64,000 nucleotides of DNA from an uncultured Planctomycetales bacterium. GTDB taxonomy: Bacteria > Omnitrophota > Gorgyraeia > Zapsychrales > JANLHA01. The notes beneath the pieces are model-generated. The model was given only the letters and a program-made list of their open reading frames with translations, was not told the origin of the DNA and ran no database searches. The stretch spans positions 4,952-68,951 of the forward strand of contig CAZQQI010000001.1 in assembly GCA_964595465.1 (NCBI GenBank), read 5' to 3'. Shown piece after piece: positions 61,108 to 64,000 of the stretch. A program made the position numbers and the translations under genes. Position 1 is the first letter of the stretch. Each line of letters starts with the position of its first letter.

Positions 61108-62661
61108 TTATTCTTCGTCCAATCGCGTGCTGACACCGATCTTCATCTGATCAACATCCACCTTGATCACCTTGACCTGAATCTTGTCTCCCGGCTTCAG
61201 CGCAGCGGCCTGATCTTTGTCGATCTCGGAAGAATAGACCAGAGCTTCGATCTCTTCATCAAGCTTAACAAAAACTCCGAAGTTGGAATTCAGCACGACT
61301 TCAGCATCCACAATCTTGCCGACAGGATATTCTTCGGCGATCTGCTCCCAGGGGTTCTCCGTCAACTGCTTGAGCCCCAAAGTAATCTTGCGGCTTTCAG
61401 CGTCAACTGCCAGAATGACCACTTCGACCTCCTGACCTTTATCCAGAATGTCCTGCGGATGATTGATCTTTTTCGTCCAAGACATATCCGAAACATGGAT
61501 CATGCCTTCCAGTCCGTTCTCGAGCTCGACGAACGCACCGTAATCCGTAAATCCGCGGACAGCGCCCTTAACCCGTGAACCCACCGGAAGCTCCCGCTCG
61601 GAATCAAGCCAGGGATTGCGTTCCAATTGCTTCATGCTGAGAGAAATTCTCTTCTGATCCTTGTCGACATTGATAATCTGCACATCGACTTCATCTCCCA
61701 CGTTGAACATCTCCTGGGGATTGACCATTTTTTTCTGCCAGGAAATCTCAGAAGAGTGCAGAAGCCCTTCAATGCCTTTTTCGATCTCAATAAAAACACC
61801 GTACGGCATGATATTCACGACTTTCCCTTTAACCTGTGAGCCGGCCGGATATTTTTCATAAATATCATCCCAAGGATTGGGCAGGATCTGCTTCAGACCG
61901 AGAGAAACCTTGGAGGCTTCCTGATCGTAAGACAGGATTGCGACTTTAATCGAGTCCCCGATCGAAACGATCTCGGAAGGGTGGTTGATCCGGGACCAGC
62001 TCATATCTGTAATATGAAGCAGTCCGTCGACGCCGCCCAGATCGATAAAAGCACCGAAATCCGTGATGCCTTTAACCGTGCCTTCACGGACCTGGCCTTT
62101 TTCCAGATCTTCCCAGAGCTTCTCCCGTACCGCCGCACGCTCCTTCATATAAATATCACGGCGGGACAGGATGAGATTACGGCGCTGTTTATTGACCTTG
62201 GCCACCTGAAATTGATAAGGGGTCGACATGATCTGCTCAACAGGAAATCCGCGGAAAGCAGAAAGGGACATCGGCAGAAAGCCTTCAACCCCCTCGATAT
62301 CGACCATATATCCGCCTTTGACCTGCTTGAACACGGTGCCTTCGAGAACATCTCCCTCATCCACGTCGGTCATCACCTTCTGCCATCCCTTGACCTTCTC
62401 GGCCTTGGATTTGGAAAGCTGAAGCTTGCCGTCTTCATCCTCGATGGATTCGATCAGGACGTCGATCTCGCGCCCGATCTCTAACTCACTGTCATCGCGG
62501 AATTCATCAAGTACGACAAATCCTTCGGACTTAAATCCGATATCGACGACCGCTTCTTTCGACGTCAAGGCAACGATCTTGCCGGAAACGATCTCCCCCT
62601 CCTTAATGTCTTTCATTGTGCTGGCGTAAAGATCCGCCATTTCTTCTTGCGTGGTACTCAT
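61108..62661 (-). CDS. rpsA: 30S ribosomal protein S1
   Basis: Repeated S1 domains (FGAF..L.G..GLLH..D.SW). Confidence 0.97.
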   Translation of the reverse strand: MSTTQEEMADLYASTMKDIKEGEIVSGKIVALTSKEAVVDIGFKSEGFVVLDEFRDDSELEIGREIDVLIESIEDEDGKLQLSKSKAEKVKGWQKVMTDVDEGDVLEGTVFKQVKGGYMVDIEGVEGFLPMSLSAFRGFPVEQIMSTPYQFQVAKVNKQRRNLILSRRDIYMKERAAVREKLWEDLEKGQVREGTVKGITDFGAFIDLGGVDGLLHITDMSWSRINHPSEIVSIGDSIKVAILSYDQEASKVSLGLKQILPNPWDDIYEKYPAGSQVKGKVVNIMPYGVFIEIEKGIEGLLHSSEISWQKKMVNPQEMFNVGDEVDVQIINVDKDQKRISLSMKQLERNPWLDSERELPVGSRVKGAVRGFTDYGAFVELENGLEGMIHVSDMSWTKKINHPQDILDKGQEVEVVILAVDAESRKITLGLKQLTENPWEQIAEEYPVGKIVDAEVVLNSNFGVFVKLDEEIEALVYSSEIDKDQAAALKPGDKIQVKVIKVDVDQMKIGVSTRLDEE

Positions 62662-62733
62662 ATTATCTGTATCTCCCTTCCTAAAACGTGATTCTTTGAC
62701 GAAAATATTCGCATATTCCGGCAAAGTGCAGGT

Positions 62734-62761
62734 ATTATCGCAGATTTATTTTTTTTGTCAA
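62734..62761 (-). promoter_or_regulatory. sigma70 promoter of rpsA
   Basis: TTGACA-N16-GATAAT with TG extension. Confidence 0.65.
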
Positions 62762-62870
62762 ATATAATTTATTATAAGGGATGAAAAGAGGCAAAGAGAT
62801 AACGACGCATATCATAAAGATTTAACTTTTCACTAAATCTAACTAACCATATGCAGCAAACAAACCTGTG

Positions 62871-63467
62871 TTATCCGTCCCTGGTCGGCGCCAGCGCGTG
62901 AATATGGTCCATGACCGAATGGGAAATGTCTTCATAAGAGGTTTCAGGAGGAAAGTGAACAGGATGACCGACATAGATGCGGATCGGCACCCGCCGCGGG
63001 AATTTCGCGCCGCGCGGAAGCGCACGGTCAGACCCGCTGATAAAGACCGGAACAACAGGAACTCCGCTCTTGCCGGCCAGAAACCCGACACCGGGAAAGA
63101 CGCGCTTGCTGTTCCCGTTGGCAGAGCGGGTTCCCTGGGGGAAAAAGACCAGAGGACGTCCCGAGCGCAGCCGCCGCACAGATTCTTTTAAAGCGCCGAT
63201 ATCCGGACGCCCCCGCCGCACAGGGAAGGCGTCACAGCCTCTCAGGACCCATCCCAGGATAGAATTTTTGAATAATTCGGCTTTGGCGAAAAAACTCACT
63301 CTGCGGGTCGGGACAATGCCCATCAGCATAGGATCCAGATTGCTGGCATGATTGCAGGCCAGAATGAACCCGCCCTTCTCCGGCATGTTCTGACGCCCAT
63401 AAATACGATGCGGCACAAAAAAGAAAAATACAAATTTCGTCGTATAATAGACCAGCCAGTAAATCAT
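62871..63467 (-). CDS. plsC: 1-acyl-sn-glycerol-3-phosphate acyltransferase
   Basis: NHASNLD, AK.ELF, FPQGTRS. Confidence 0.92.
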   Translation of the reverse strand: MIYWLVYYTTKFVFFFFVPHRIYGRQNMPEKGGFILACNHASNLDPMLMGIVPTRRVSFFAKAELFKNSILGWVLRGCDAFPVRRGRPDIGALKESVRRLRSGRPLVFFPQGTRSANGNSKRVFPGVGFLAGKSGVPVVPVFISGSDRALPRGAKFPRRVPIRIYVGHPVHFPPETSYEDISHSVMDHIHALAPTRDG

Positions 63468-63502
63468 ATGTATTCCGTGTTTTTATGCTTCTGCCATGCC
63501 TA

Positions 63503-63958
63503 TTAGTAAAAGGTCAGGTCCCTCCATTCTGACGACCTGCAATCATATTCGGCGATTGGACGAAAAGCCCCAACCGCACATTTTATTATTTTATCACCCT
63601 TTTGCATCAAAATTATTCCGCTCTCATTGTCTTCAAACCCGGCCATAATCTCATAGCCATCCCGGCGCGCGGACCAATCGTACTGGAAATGGCCATTTTG
63701 AGGAAGAAAATCACGGGCCCCATCGGCCAAAACAGGATCTTCGAACCAACACGCGATATAATCTTGCTTCATCAGATAACAGCGTTCAATCTCTCGTCTC
63801 ATAGTTGCAATGCCTGACAAGGCTTCGGCAGAATACGTCATCTTCACCATGTTCATGAGGCGGGGCAATGCCAGACCAGCTAAAATCCCAATAATAATTA
63901 TAACGATCACCAGCTCCAGAATCGTAAAGCCATATCCCAATTCTGATGTATTACGCAT
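63503..63958 (-). CDS. Type IV pilin-like protein (class III signal peptide)
   Basis: G|FTILELVIVIIIIGILAGLALP; C-terminal Cys pairs. Confidence 0.9.
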   Translation of the reverse strand: MRNTSELGYGFTILELVIVIIIIGILAGLALPRLMNMVKMTYSAEALSGIATMRREIERCYLMKQDYIACWFEDPVLADGARDFLPQNGHFQYDWSARRDGYEIMAGFEDNESGIILMQKGDKIIKCAVGAFRPIAEYDCRSSEWRDLTFY

Positions 63959-64000
63959 ACACGCCTCCGGCAAAAACTCATTTCAAAAACTGTGCCCCAA

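Noticed and set aside
62763-62776. TATAAT-TT-ATTATA palindrome resembling a PerR box
   Set aside because: Spacing differs from 7-1-7, and AT-rich DNA produces such palindromes by chance

Overview
Core-genome region of a diderm PVC-superphylum bacterium. The PVC signature small basic protein (5588-5797), PilZ/ExeA/pilin genes and the overall gene order suggest Ca. Omnitrophota (inferred, not proven). Almost all genes are on the minus strand. The right half (29.2-59.8 kb) is one unbroken tRNA-Thr/rpmG/tRNA-Trp/secE/nusG/rplKAJL/rpoBC/str/S10/spc/alpha supercluster, lacking rpmD and a tufB copy. Upstream of it lie a pilin, plsC, rpsA and tyrS. The left half holds metabolic and envelope genes: aspC, pilT, icd, lipB with a free lipoyl domain, a glycolipid-type trio, aroQ-pepP-efp-accBC-asp23-amaP, an atypical pfkA, gmhA/rfaE2, thiD2/thiE and tRNA-Gly. 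It also carries a tightly coupled operon of a STAND-like ATPase with four nucleotide-hydrolase-family genes, and a PilZ/ExeA-GspB locus. The most notable unexplained signals are: (1) a dispersed repeat family with TGT..ACA ends, linked to heptamer repeats, two copies of which bracket aroB in inverted orientation; (2) the ATPase-phosphoesterase-HIT-dGTPase-degenerate HD-GYP operon; (3) a 77-nt dual-coding rpoC/rpsL overlap; (4) a 22-bp strand-specific RNA hairpin before rpoB; (5) apparently leaderless promoters. No CRISPR array, rRNA, transposase or integrase was seen. All calls are by eye; no database searches were run.
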